Assembly: GCA_051362555.1 (NCBI GenBank)
Contig: CM120641.1
Span: 30,572,401 to 30,636,400 of the forward strand
From: Lingula anatina
Lineage: Eukaryota > Animalia > Brachiopoda
Length of the DNA stretch: 64,000 nucleotides
Direction of reading: 5' to 3'
In this document: positions 1 through 12,872 of the stretch, one piece after another
Position numbering within the stretch: position 1 is the stretch's first letter
Layout of the letters: every line of letters starts with the position of its first letter
Translations under genes and position numbers: made by a program
The notes under the pieces: model-generated
What the model saw: the letters and a program-made list of their open reading frames with translations, nothing else
Told to the model about the DNA's origin: nothing
Database searches by the model: none

Positions 1-327
1 TGTCTACATCATGTGAACATTTATTTTAACCTAATTTTTTTGTTTGTTTATTTGTCAATTTTATTTCGAACATGAAAGTTTGCACATGTATTAGATGGAA
101 TATAATGTAAGTTCAGGTATTAATATCACTAGTACAAGTGTCTTTAAGTGATTGCAAAAGTTCTCTTTGTGCAGTATTTGATACATTCTTGACAACTAGG
201 GGAAGTTAGACAAACTTAATTAGTTAGACAGTCAGACAGAACTTTTTACCAAAAAAGACAAAAAGTGAACTGTGGTCACAAGTCTGCTAGAAAGGAAAAC
301 AACACAAATCATTTTCTGTTTTACCAG

Positions 328-411
328 TATTGTGTTGTACCGATGATGGAATTTGGACCATTTACTCCACGTGCGACATGCACTCATTCTGGTTTCAAAT
401 AGCTGTTGTTG
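328..411 (+). other. Candidate internal exon (84 bp, phase 1-1)
   Basis: Polypyrimidine acceptor ttttctgttttaccAG| at 327 and donor |GTacgt at 412. One frame is open: LCCTDDGIWTIYSTCDMHSFWFQIAVV. No partner exons were verified. Confidence 0.25.
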
Positions 412-906
412 GTACGTTCTTAAACATTACTTACAATGAGGACATGAAGCTATATACCGATGTGAAATGTAAGAGTTTGACCATTTGATTTTTTATCAGG
501 TAGTTTGTAAAAGGTTATCATGATTTCTATACTGCTCTGTTATAATATGTATAGTGGCAGATCCAGGATGTTGCTAACAGCAGAGAGGGCGTCAACACAA
601 GTATCAATAAATTCTGCCTGGTTTCTCGTGGCAATATTCAATGTTAGGTTGAGGTAATATTACTGTCATATATACCGTGCAGATATGGAACATGCTTTAA
701 GAAAGGCCTGCCCTGTTCACCTTAGCTGCTGGTGACCCTGTCCTTGGGTATGTCTTTGCATGGAAACCAAAATGATAAAGTATCATACAGTTATTGTCTG
801 TCTTTCTGTTGTTAGTAATCTATAGTTAAGGAATGGAGATAATGTAATATCAATTTACAGTTAGAACAATATAGAGGAGCTGAATGTCAGTTTGTACCGG
901 CCTGAC

Positions 907-1035
907 AGGAATGGAAGTCCGTTAGGAACCGTAGTCCTCTCCCCGTTATTTTGTACAGGTGACATTCGTCCCATATACTTACCCTTATACGACGACTAAC
1001 CATAACCTGTACTAATAATATGGACTTCCATTCCT
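907..1035. mobile_element. Small foldback/MITE-like element
   Basis: Perfect 14-bp inverted repeat AGGAATGGAAGTCC (907-920) / GGACTTCCATTCCT (1022-1035), plus an inner inverted pair GTACAGGT / ACCTGTAC. Confidence 0.5.
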
Positions 1036-1059
1036 ATAGGACCACCATTCCTGCCACAC

Positions 1060-1530
1060 AGTTTTTTCCTATTTTTGCTGACTGATAAATGGAAACAAGG
1101 ATTAAAATCTGTTTTTATAACTTTTAATATCTTTTATGTCATTGTGACATCAGTTCATTAATTGAATTTGCCAGTGAAGCAATTAAAAATGCATTGCCTA
1201 TTCTATGTCACACGACAAACATTAAAAACGAGAATTTAGATCTCCCCATTTTCCAAATTATCGTCTTTTAAATACAGACTTGACATTTAATATGGAATAT
1301 TCTTTTCCAAATCACTTTTCATCAGTTTTTTCCTATTTTGCTGACTGATAAATGAAAATAAGGATTAAAATCGTGTTTTAATAACTTTTAATTATCTCTT
1401 TGATATCATTGTGACATCAGTTCATTAATGGAATTCACCAGAGAAGCAAACAAAAACACATTGCCTATTCTACGTCATACGACAACAATTAAAAGAGATA
1501 TTTTGGATCTCCATATTTTCCAAATTTTTT
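1060..1530 (+). repeat. Tandem duplication, ~263-bp unit (about 1.8 copies)
   Basis: cagttttttcctattttgctgactgataaatg...cattgtgacatcagttcattaat...cattgcctattcta...gatctcc..attttccaaatt occurs from ~1060 and again from ~1323. Confidence 0.85.
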
Positions 1531-1597
1531 CTGTAAAAGAGTAACATGCCTCACAAAGAACCCCCATGTCAGTGTCTAGTCACAGTAACGATCGCTG

Positions 1598-2080
1598 TTA
1601 CGCTTGACCTCTTCTGTCTGCTACCAGCGCACTCAAGTGGCAAGGCATTCCTTGGGTTAGGTTTTTAGAGTTCAATCTGGAATAACATTCCAGCCATCGG
1701 TCAAAATCTGTCCAATCTGTGGTAGGACATGTAGGCCATTGATTTGGCGAGTAATGGCCTACCCACATATTGTCTATGTGGTTCAAATATGGCGATTTTG
1801 ATTACATGTACCAAGGTAGCTGCTCATCCCCTTGGTTCTGTAAGTAACCTGCTATTAAAAGTGCTCTGTGTGTATCGGCAATTTCACTGTGCAACCTGAA
1901 ATTGTTCCTAAGGTGCCCCCTATCAAATGATAGTCAAGTGGTTCCCAGATTAATCCTTTATTTGATCTGGTTCAGGTTTTCGTGGATGACCATCATTGGT
2001 GTTTTGACACCAATGTGGTATCCACTCCAATTACTGACGCTGTTAATGACCTTAGTCAGTGGACCACCAGGTAACTTTAC
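1598..2080 (-). pseudogene. Degraded Tc1-family (DD34E-type) transposase, C-terminal catalytic region
   Basis: The minus-strand translation has stops and frameshifts. It reads ...WSGYHIGVKTPMMVIHENLN..., then FRLHSEIADTHRALLIAGYLQNQGDEQLPW..SKSPYLNHIDNMW...KNLTQGMPCHLSALVADRRGQA*. This parallels the Tc1 consensus KTPLVVI.GNLN / FQQDNARPH / LPWPS.SPDLNPIENMW / LI.SMPRR..AVI.A.GG.T.Y. Confidence 0.8.
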
Positions 2081-2861
2081 ATGTTGGAAAGGATAGGTGA
2101 ACCATTGTCTAGTGTGGTATAAGCATGGTTATCCCTTTATTTACTTGTGCACATTGTGGAAAAGTGATTGTGATTTTGCTGGCAAACAAAGTAATATTAC
2201 ATGAAAATTGACAACAAACCTGTTTTGTACATTGTTGAATTATTATTATTATCTGCTTTATGGCAGTATATTTAACAGCTTTGCTGCCTTGTTTTCATAA
2301 TGCTTGTCATTCAGTTAAGCAATGTTATACTTTCTCAAACAAAAATCAAATATCTCTTCTTTGAACTTGGTTCTTGCTAATTAAACCTCTGCAGTTCATA
2401 TATCCTATTTTAATGTTTGTCATATACATACATTACACAACATATAATGCAACATACATACAATGAATGGGTCAAAGTTATGAGGGATCGAAGAAAATCA
2501 TTTTGGTAACTTTACCACCGCATAACACCAGATAGAACTTTGCCTCACATTGGTTTCTCTTGTTGTGTTAAAAGAATGAACATTTAAATAACAATAATTG
2601 CTGTTTTTAATGGAAAGACATTGGAAATTGTGATTTCAACTGTTGCTTACTTGATGACAGTTTAATTGATGTTGTATTATACATAGGGACCATTCAGAAC
2701 GAGAAGAGCCCAGTGCTAGCCAGACCATGACCTAAATATGGCGGACCTACATGAAAGGAAGACTGCTTCATCCTGTTATAGTCTCTCCACCTCTTAAATG
2801 CCTCCCTACACATCGTTTCAGCAGGGCCACAGTAATTTAATCTCGGTTCAATTCAACCAGT

Positions 2862-5470
2862 TGCAGTTGCTTTATGGGAATACATTGAGCATTGTGTCAT
2901 CAACAATTGCATTTGCATTATGGGAAGACATTGAACATTGTGACATCAATAATTGCAGTTGCATTATGGGAATACATTGAGCATTGTGTCATCAACAATT
3001 GCATTTGCATTATGGGAATACATTGAGCATTGTGACGTCAACAATTGCAACTGCATTATGGGAATACATTGAGCATTGTGACATCAACAATTGCAACTGC
3101 ATTATGGGAATACATTGAGCATTGTGACATCAGCAATTGCAACTGCATTATGGGAATACATTGAGCATTGTGACATCAGCAATTGCAACTGCATTATGGG
3201 AATACATTGAGCATTGTGACATCAACAATTGCAACTGCATTATGGGAATACATTGAGCATTGTGACATCAACAATTGCAACTGCATTATGGGAATACATT
3301 GAACATTGTGACATCAACAATTGCAACTGCATTATGGGAATACATTGAGCATTGTGACATCAACATTGTGACATCAACAATTGTGGTTACATTATTGGAA
3401 TACATTGAACATTGTGACATCAACAATTGTGGTTACATTATTGGAATACATTGAACATTGTGACATCAACAATTGTGGTTACATTATTGGAATACATTGA
3501 ACATTGTGACATCAACAATTGCAACTGCATTATGGGAATACATTGAACATTGTGACATCAACAATTGCAACTGCATTATGGGAATACATTGAACATTGTG
3601 ACATCAACAATTGCAACTGCATTATGGGAATACATTGAGCATTGTGACATCAACATTGTGACATCAACAATTGTGGTTACATTATTGGAATACATTGAAC
3701 ATTGTGACATCAACAATTGTGGTTACATTATTGGAATACATTGAACATTGTGACATCAACAATTGCAACTGCATTATGGGAATACATTGAACATTGTGAC
3801 ATCAACAATTGCAACTGCATTATGGGAATACATTGAACATTGTGACATCAACAATTGCAACTGCATTATGGGAATACATTGAGCATTGTGACATCAACAT
3901 TGTGACATCAACAATTGTGGTTACATTATTGGAATACATTGAACATTGTGACATCAACAATTGTGGTTACATTATTGGAATACATTGAACATTGTGACAT
4001 CAACAATTGTGGTTACATTATTGGAATACATTGAGCATTGTGACATCAACAATTGCTGTTGTATTATGGGAATACATTGAGTATTGTGACATCAACAATT
4101 GCAGTTGCATTATGGTAATACATTAAGGATTGTGACATCAACAATTGCAACTGCATTATGGAAATTACATTGAACATTGTGACATCTACAATTGCAACTG
4201 CATTATGGGAATACATTGAACATTGTGACATCAACAATTGCAACTGCATTATGGGAATACATTGAGCATTGTGACATCAACAATTGCAACTGCATTATGG
4301 GAATACATTGAACATTGTGACATCAACAATTGCAACTGCATTATGGGAATACATTGAGCATTGTGACATCAACATTGTGACATCAACAATTGTGGTTACA
4401 TTATTGGAATACATTGAACATTGTGACATCAACAATTGTGGTTACATTATTGGAACACATTGAACATTGTGACATCAACAATTGCAACTGCATTATGGGA
4501 ATACATTGAGCATTGTGACATCAACAATTGTGGTTACATTATTGGAATACATTGAACATTGTGACATCTACAATTGCAACTGCATTATGGGAATACATTG
4601 AACATTGTGACATCAACAATTGCAACTGCATTATGGGAATACATTGAGCATTGTGACATCAACATTGTGACATCAACAATTGTGGTTACATTATTGGAAT
4701 ACATTGAACATTGTGACATCAACAATTGTGGTTACATTATTGGAATACATTGAACATTGTGACATCAACAATTGCAACTGCATTATGGGAATACATTGAA
4801 CATTGTGACATCAACAATTGCAACTGCATTATGGGAATACATTGAACATTGTGACATCAACAATTGCAACTGCATTATGGGAATACATTGAGCATTGTGA
4901 CATCAACATTGTGACATCAACAATTGCAACTGCATTATGGGAATACATTGAGCATTGTGACATCAACAATTGTGGTTACATTATTGGAATACATTGAACA
5001 TTGTGACATCTACAATTGCAACTGCATTATGGGAATACATTGAACATTGTGACATCAACAATTGCAACTGCATTATGGGAATACATTGAGCATTGTGACA
5101 TCAACATTGTGACATCAACAATTGTGGTTACATTATTGGAATACATTGAACATTGTGACATCAACAATTGTGGTTACATTATTGGAATACATTGAGCATT
5201 GTGACATCAACAATTGCTGTTGTATTATGGGAATACATTGAGTATTGTGACATCAACAATTGCAGTTGCATTATGGTAATACATTAAGGATTGTGACATC
5301 AACAATTGCAACTGCATTATGGAAATTACATTGAACATTGTGACATCAACAATTGCAACTGCATTATGGGAATACATTGAGCATTTTAACATCAACAGCT
5401 GCTGCTGTATTTTGGTAAGAGATTGAACGTTGTGACATCAGCAAGTGGTGTTAGATTATTGAGAATACAT
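2862..5470 (+). repeat. 46-bp minisatellite array 1 (~55 units; consensus TGCATTATGGGAATACATTGARCATTGTGACATCAACAATTGCAAC)
   Basis: 46-bp periodicity (e.g. tgcattatggg at 3006 and 3052). Variant units carry TGTGGTTACATTATTGG, and 60-bp units carry a 14-bp internal duplication. Confidence 0.97.
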
Positions 5471-5489
5471 TGCTTTTTTCACTTGCTTA

Positions 5490-5538
5490 TTATATTATAT
5501 TATATTATATTATATTATATTATATTATATTATATTAT
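5490..5538. repeat. (ATATT)n microsatellite
   Basis: Pure pentanucleotide run. Confidence 0.9.
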
Positions 5539-5576
5539 TCAATCATATTGTTTCTTTGAATTTATTATTTTTACTG

Positions 5577-6990
5577 TTTTATGTACAGACACACTGTGCC
5601 TGTATATGTAGCCATCACCTGCATCTGTTGTTGCTGTTGTTGTTGTCCCCAACATTTCTGTTGTCGCTGTGCACTTTCATTGTTAATAAGTTGAAAACTG
5701 GTAGATCTGTTGTCTTCAAACTGGCAGAACTGATGAACATTCATGATATACTGGCAAAATTCAAAAATTGGCATGATCCCACCAATTTCTTTCTCAAAGG
5801 TTAATCTTTTTTTTTTTTTTTTCACTTTTATCAGCATGTATGCAATACAGGCAACACATTTCAAGGAAAACCAATAGGCTTTTTGTTTTCAAACCTTCAA
5901 GAGTGATCAGTATTATTGATATGTGTGTTTTTTTTTTTGTTGGTTGGTTGGTTGGTTTTGTTTGTTTGTTTATTGGCATGTATTATTATACATGGGCAGA
6001 TCCAAGATTATTTGAAGGGGTGTCTGCAGATGTAATGTTGACCTTCCCCCCCCCCCCCCCTCCCAAAAAAAAAATATATATATACACACACACACACTTG
6101 GTGCGGGGTTTGGGGCCCTTCAGCGGGCCCTGAAAAATTCTGGTATTTTAGAGGGCGAACAGTCCCATGCATTTGGTACAGTTTAGAACTATGATTCAGC
6201 TAGTCAAAATTCTAATTTCAAGAGGGGACCAGAAATCGAAGGGGGGGGGGGGGAGTGGTCAGGACCCCCCATGACCTCTCCCTCTAAATCTGCCACTGTA
6301 ATATATGCTATACAGATAACACATTTCAAGGAAAATTGGCAGGTTTGTTGCCTTCAAACCTGCAGGACTGAAGGACTGATCAATAGTATCAATATTCAGG
6401 ATGAGTCTGGCTTGATGGGACTTTTTTTCAGTATGTATTATTCTTACCAATATACGTATATACGTAATATGCAATGCAGATATCCTATTTCATGGAAAAA
6501 AATTGCCTGTCTTCAAACTTTCAGGACTGAAAAATATGACTTAGATACAACTGGCATTTTAAAACCAGTCTGATCGTATACCAGTACTTTTTTTGTTGTT
6601 GTAATTAAAGAGTTTGTGTGTATGTGTGTGGAAAATTCAATTTTTTTTCATCATGATATTTTCAAAGTATGCCTTTGAACTTCAATGGGCCTGAAGACTT
6701 TTGCTAGTCTCATTTCTAATTACCTATCATCTGCAGTACAACATTAAAATTGGTGGTGATTATAAGCATTATGTATGTAGTATTGCATCAAACTTGAAGA
6801 AAACCCTATTTTGGGCACTGCTGCAGTAATTTAAAGTAAACCAGATACTTACAATTCTCAAACCTACAGAAAAGAATGGTAGGACTGAAATACAGCTTGT
6901 CACCATAAATGCAATAAAAGGAAAACAGTGTGACTCATTTTGAAACTTATAAAAAAGATACATAGAATTGACATTTGTTTTATTTTGCTT
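5577..6990 (+). mobile_element. Old, diverged Helentron-associated non-autonomous element (HINE-like), copy 1
   Basis: Begins TTTT-ATGTACAGAC with a decayed inverted partner, then gccatcacctgc and a microsatellite. Diverged ~160-bp and ~320-bp cores are homologous to 7345-9166. The 3' end is approximate. Confidence 0.7.
5991..6298. mobile_element. hAT-like MITE inserted in HINE copy 1
   Basis: Imperfect TIRs CATGGGCAGATCC / AAATCTGCCACTG with G/C-run subtermini. Flanks TTATA / TAATA are a possible 5-bp TSD with one mismatch. It interrupts a core repeat. Confidence 0.6.
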
Positions 6991-7060
6991 GTTGCCCCAG
7001 TTATGCTTTACAATGTTTAGCTTTAATTACTGATATAGTGTTTTTATACATCCCCCATTC

Positions 7061-7165
7061 CAATACAATACAATACAATACAATACAGTTTATATCATGT
7101 CGGAAAGAATAAATGTACAAACATTAGCTGAGTAGCTATTCACGGACAGAATAAATTAAATAATG
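7061..7165 (-). mobile_element. Probable 3' tail of a non-LTR retroelement ending in (TTGTA)n
   Basis: (CAATA)5 run followed by a short unique stretch. Short-repeat tails are typical of CR1/L2-type 3' ends, but no coding remnant is visible. Confidence 0.3.
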
Positions 7166-7344
7166 ATACAGTGTTTACTACTATTGTTTCTAACTACTTC
7201 TGTTGATTGAAATTACAACAGGAAAATAAGGCCAAGCAGCTGACATAGTATGATACATAATTATAGTGGGTAATTAATTAAGTTTACATTGAGACATCAT
7301 TCCATGACGTTGCAGAGATTACACTTGCACTTAGGTCCTTCCCA

Positions 7345-9166
7345 TTTTTTATGTACAGACACAGATGTGTCTGTACATATTGCCATCACCTGTGTCTGTC
7401 GTCGCCGTCGCCATCGCCGATCATGTCGCCGTCGCCGTCGCCATCGCCGTCGCCGTTCACTTTCAGCGTTAACACCATAAGTGGAAGACAGTTTTACTTT
7501 TTGGCTTTATATTTACAGAGCTGACTAATATTCATAAAACGCAGGTTAAGTTCGCAAATCAGCATGATCGGGCCATTATTGTAGAATATATGCTGTTTTT
7601 TCACTTTTTAGCATATATGCAACACTGTTAACACATTTCAAGGAAAACCGATAGGCCTGTTGTCATGAAACTCACAGGAGTAATCAGTCTTACTAAAACG
7701 CAGATCAAGTTCGAAAATCGGCATGATCGGGCCACCATTTTACTAGTTATGCTGTTTTTTACACTTTTCAGCATATATGCAACACTGCTAACACAATATA
7801 AGAAAAACAGATGGGCCAATTGTCATGAAAGTCACAGGAGTGGTCAATTTTACTAAAATGCAGGATGAGTTCGTAAATCAGCATAATCGTGCCATTATTT
7901 TAGAAGGTATGCTGTTTTTTCACATTTCCTCAGATTCAATTTTTAGGCATGTTAACAGTCTCATTATTAAACTAATAAGATACGTGAAAGTGTTTGTTTG
8001 ACATTTCCTGCATCTTTACAACATTGTTAGTTGATTTTGTAAAAATGATGGTAAACATGTTATCGTGTATTGTGTAATAAAGTTTCAAAAATGGAAATAA
8101 ACTCATATCATTGCAATTTGTCAGATTCAATCATTCACTATGTTCTGAATCTCAGAATGGAAGAAATTGGACATTTAACACTGCTCTATTGATATTTTTC
8201 ACATCTCATCAATTTTCTTAGTTGATCATATAAAAATGGCAGTAAACTGTTAATTTTGTTTTATGTTAAAAAAGTGTTAAAAATGGAAAAATAAAAACAT
8301 TTCAAAACAGTGCTGTCTTGTTTACATTTTGGCATTTTCAAGTTGTGACTTTGAAGTTCCATGGGCCTGAAGACCTTTGCTAGTCACATTTTCTGAATAT
8401 CCATGATACTAATATTTTATTATTAAAAATTGATGGTCATTATGCTGTTAAACATTATGTAATATTGCATCAAAATTTGAAAAAAACCTATTTTGGGCAC
8501 TGCTCCCATGATTACCTTTTAAGAAAAACCATGTCACTTACTGTTCTCAAACTTACACTACAGGAAAGAAACATGGGACTAAAATACAGCTTCAGTAGGC
8601 AATGCAATCTGCCAGATAAACAGTTTTTTTGTGAAAATTTAATTTTTCAAATATTGGCATTTTCAAGGTGTGACTTTGAAGTTCCACAGGCTTGGAGACC
8701 CAGGCTAGTCACATTTTCTGAAAATCCATGATACATATATTTTGTTATTAAAAATTGATTATCATTATGCTGTTAACCATTATGTAATATTGCATCAGAA
8801 TAGAAGAAAACACAATTTTGGGTGCTGCTGCCATGATGACCATTATGGGAAAACCATGTTACTTATGATTGCCAAACTTTCAAAAAAGAAATACAGGACT
8901 AAAATGCAGCCTGAGTTGGAAAAGCAGTCTAATTGACTTCTTTTTCTGGAAGTTTTACATTTTCAAAGTGTGAACTTGAACTCCCATGGGCCTGAAGCCT
9001 TATGCTTGTTTCACATTTTACTTACATTGGTATTATCTGTTGAGCATAATTAAAATTTGATGTTGAATTTGCAGTTTAACATAATGTACTTTTGCATCAG
9101 AATTGACAGTAGCCTATTTTATTTCCTGCTTTTGTCTGTACATTTGACAGCTTTGCTGCCTTGTTT
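7345..9166 (+). mobile_element. Helentron-associated non-autonomous element (HINE/DINE-1/Pearl-like), copy 2, structurally complete
   Basis: The 5' end has a T-run, subTIR ATGTACAGAC (7351-7360), its inverted partner GTCTGTACAT (7369-7378) and a (GTC/GCC) microsatellite. Tandem cores are ~160 bp x3, ~192 bp x2 and ~320 bp x3. The 3' end has subTIR GTCTGTACAT (9134-9143), then stem-loop GACAGC-TTT-GCTGCC and a T-run. Confidence 0.88.
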
Positions 9167-10044
9167 AATCATTGTTTTTACTTCATTCAGACTAACACAA
9201 GCTTTTGGGTATTTTGTGGCTTTGAGGTTAAGCATGTTTTTGAAGTGGTTGCGACAATTTCCTTGATAAGTTTAAAACAAGATTTATTTTTTGTTGTGTT
9301 ACAATAAAGACTTCTCTGACATCTGTTAATACTATATCATGAAAGTATTTAAATTAGGAGTGCATGCTGAGCTAGATGTAATTGGATAAAAAGTTTGTTG
9401 TTATAATATAAAGAGAAGGGGAGGTGGTGAACAATGCTAATTAACATTTCATAGCATCTCGGTCATTCCAGAAGAAAGGGTACAATTCCAAAATGAGAAA
9501 TGCAGAAATATGAACTTTGCAAAACTGTGAAACTTTTCACAATATTTTAATGAAGAGGTATTCAGATAGTAGCAGAAGAATTTTAACCCAAACCATTACT
9601 GTATTTCAAGAAATATCCACGTGTAAACATAATACAATAATTTTTCGTTATGGAGGTTAGGTAACATCTAAATTGGGTTATATTTCAATCATTCCATAGG
9701 TCATAGGTTCCATTTTTGATTCAGTTGCCAAGATTTTGTATGAATTCAAAAATATTGTTACCAATTTAACATTTCTCTTCAATTATAGAAAATGTGGTGC
9801 AAACACTTTGGTAATAAGTCACATGTTTTCTATAAATACAAAGCCTGAGGTATTCCAATTTAAACAATGATTTTAGAAATCACTGGGAACAGACTTGCTT
9901 TTATATCATACTAGTTGTTTATAAACAAAGTGCTATCCATCTATTGTAATATGAATGTAGATCAATCAGCACAAACATATCCAATGTGCAAATGAAAAAT
10001 AAACAATTTGGTAATGAAGGTTAGGTCCAAAGCAACAGTATTCA

Positions 10045-12588
10045 TTTTTATGTACAGACACAGATGTGTCTGTACATATTGCCATCACCTGCGTCTGTCG
10101 TCGCCGTCGTCGCCGTCGCCGACGCCGTCGCCGATGCCGTCGCCAATGCCGTCGCCAATGCCGGTGCCGTGCACTTTCCTTGTTAACATAATAAGTGGAG
10201 GGCAGTTTTACTTTTTGGCTTTATATTTACAGAGCTGATGAATATTCATAAAACGCAGGTCAAGTTCGAAAATCAGCATGATCGGGCCATTATTGTAGAA
10301 GTTATGCTGTTTTTTCACTTTTCAGCATATATGCAACCCTGTTAATACATTTTAAGGAAAACCGATAGGCCTGTTGTCATGAAACTCACAGGAGTAATCA
10401 ATCTTACTAAAACACAGGTCAAGTTCGAAAATCGGCATGATCGGGCCACTATTTTAGTAGTTATGCTGTTTTATCACTTTTTAGCATATATGCAACACTG
10501 TAAACACAATATAAGAAAAACAGATAGACCAATTGTCATTAAACTCACAGGAGTGGTCAATCTTACTAAAATGCAGGTTGAGTTTGAAAATTAGTATAAT
10601 CGGGCCATTGTTTTAGAAGTCATGCTGTTTTTTCACATTTCCTCAAATTCAATTCTTAGGCATGTTAACAGTCTTATTATTTAATTAATAAGACACATAA
10701 AAGTGTTTGTTTGACATTTCCTGCATCTTTACAACATTGTTAGTTGATTATGTAGAAATGATGGTAAACTTGTTATCGTGTATTGTGTAATAAAGTGTCA
10801 AAAATGGAAATAAACTCATATCAGTCAGATTCAATCATTTACTATGTTCAGAATGTCAGAATGGAGGAAATTGGACATTTGACACAGTTCTATTGATATT
10901 TGTCCCATCTCATCAATTTTCTTAGTTGATCATATAAAAATGGCAGTAAACTGTTTATCTTTTATATTAAAAAAGTGTTAAAAATGGAAATAAACCCATT
11001 TCAGCACAGTGCTGTCTAGTTTTCACTTTTCAGCATATATGCAACACTGTAAACACAATATACGAAAAACAGGTAGGCCAATTGTCATTAAACTCACAGG
11101 AGTGGTCAATCCTGCTAAAACGCAGGTTGAGTTAAAAAATCAGCATAATCGGGCCATTATTTTAGAAGTTATGTTGTTTTTTTCACATTTCCTCAGATTC
11201 AATTCTTAGGCATGTTAACAGTTTCATTATTTAATTAATAAGATATTAAAAGTGTTTGTTTGACATTTCCTGCATCTTTACAACATTGTTAGTTGATTTT
11301 GTAAAAATGATGGTTAATTTGTCATCATGTATTGTGTAATAAAGTTTCAAAAATGGAAATAAACTCATATCATTGCAGATTGTCAGATTCAATCATTCAC
11401 TATGTTCAGAATCTCAGAATGGAATATATTGAACATTTAACACTGCTCTATTGATATTTTTCCCATCTCATCAATTTTCTTAGTTGATCATATAAAAATG
11501 GCAGTAAGCTGTTAATTTTGTTTTATGTTAAAAATTGTTAAAAATGGAAAAAAAAAACATTTCAGAACAGTGCTGTCTTGTTTACATTTTGGCATTTTCA
11601 AGTTGTGACTTTGAAGTTCCATGGGCCCGAAGACCTTTGCTAGTCACATTTTCTGAATATCCATGATACTAATATTTTATTATTAAAAATTGATGGTCAT
11701 TATGCTGTTAAACATTATGTAATATTGCATCAAAATTTGAAAAAAACCTACTTTGGGCACTGCTCCCATGATGACCATTTAAGAAAAACCATGTCACTTA
11801 CTGTTCTCAAACAGTACAGTAAATATGTACAGATGTTTCTGTACATATTGCCATCACTTGCGTCTGTCGTCGCCGTCAGCGCCGTCACCGGCGCCTTGCT
11901 CTTTCATTGTAAACACGATAAGTGGAAGACAGTTTTACTTTTGGGCTTTATATTTACAGAGCTGATGAATATTCATAAAACGCAGGTCAAGTTCGAAAAT
12001 CAGCATGATCGGGCCATTATTGTAGAAGTCATGCTTTTTTTCACTTTTCAGCATATTTCACATATTGGCATTTTCAAGGTGTGACTTTGAAGTTCTGCAT
12101 GCTTGAAGACCCATGCTAGTCACATTTTCTGAAAATCCATGATACGTATATTTTATTATTAAAAATTGACGGTCATTATGCTGTTAACCAATATGTAATA
12201 TTGCATCAGAATAGAAGAAAACAATTATGGGTGCTGCTGCCATGATGACCATTATGGGAAAACCATGTTACTTACTTATGATTGCCAAATGTTCAAAAAA
12301 GAAATGCAGGACTAAAATGCAACCTAAGTTGGAAAAGTAGTCTAATTGGCTTCTTTTTCTGGAAGTTATACATTTTCAAAGTGTGAACTTGAACTCCCAT
12401 GGGCCTGAAGCCTTATGCTTGTTACACATTTTACTTACATTGGTATTACCTGTTGAGCATAATTAAAATTTGATGTTGAATTTGCAGTTTAACATAATGT
12501 ACTTTTGCATCAGAATTGACAGTAGCCTATTTTGTGTATAGTTATTTCCTGCTTTTTGTCTGTACATTTGACAGCTTTGCTGCCTTGT
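10045..12588 (+). mobile_element. HINE-like element copy 3, internally rearranged
   Basis: Same termini as copy 2 (ATGTACAGAC at 10050; GTCTGTACATTTGACAGCTTTGCTGCCTTG at 12558-12587). It has an internal duplication (~11020-11570 repeats ~10485-11010) and a second 5' head at ~11825-12055. Confidence 0.88.
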
Positions 12589-12872
12589 AATTTTTTAAAG
12601 TTAAAAGTAAACTTTAGAAGCTGAATTCGGGATTCGTAGTATTACAGATATGACAAATGTCACACGATAAGAAAGCAAAATTAATAAAACATTTATTCAA
12701 ATCAACAAATGGTAAATGGTTACAATTGGTGTTTTGCTTTTCAAGGACCACATACATACCTTTACCACTACTGGATACATTTCATTACTAATATGTTGAT
12801 TCCTACGTCTGTAGAATTTACATTCCATATTTTACCAGAAAAAGAAATTATTTTATTATCTTAGCAACAGAG

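Noticed and set aside
2862-5470. 46-bp arrays as CRISPR arrays
   Set aside because: Units are head-to-tail with only 2-3 recurring variants and no unique spacers. There are no cas genes and the context is eukaryotic.
7289-7480. Arg-rich and Pro/Ser-rich ORFs (also 10008-10238, 5571-5864, 29915-30172, 31261-31624)
   Set aside because: They are translations of microsatellites, G/C runs or minisatellites, not evidence of coding.
8000-8330. ~192-bp HINE core as the progenitor of the 194-bp satellite
   Set aside because: Lengths are similar, but I see only short AT-rich matches by eye. Unsupported without a significant alignment.
9700-9960. Possible THAP-like remnant on the minus strand (FP...W...VC..HF-like words)
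   Set aside because: The motifs fall in different frames with many stops, too weak to distinguish from chance.
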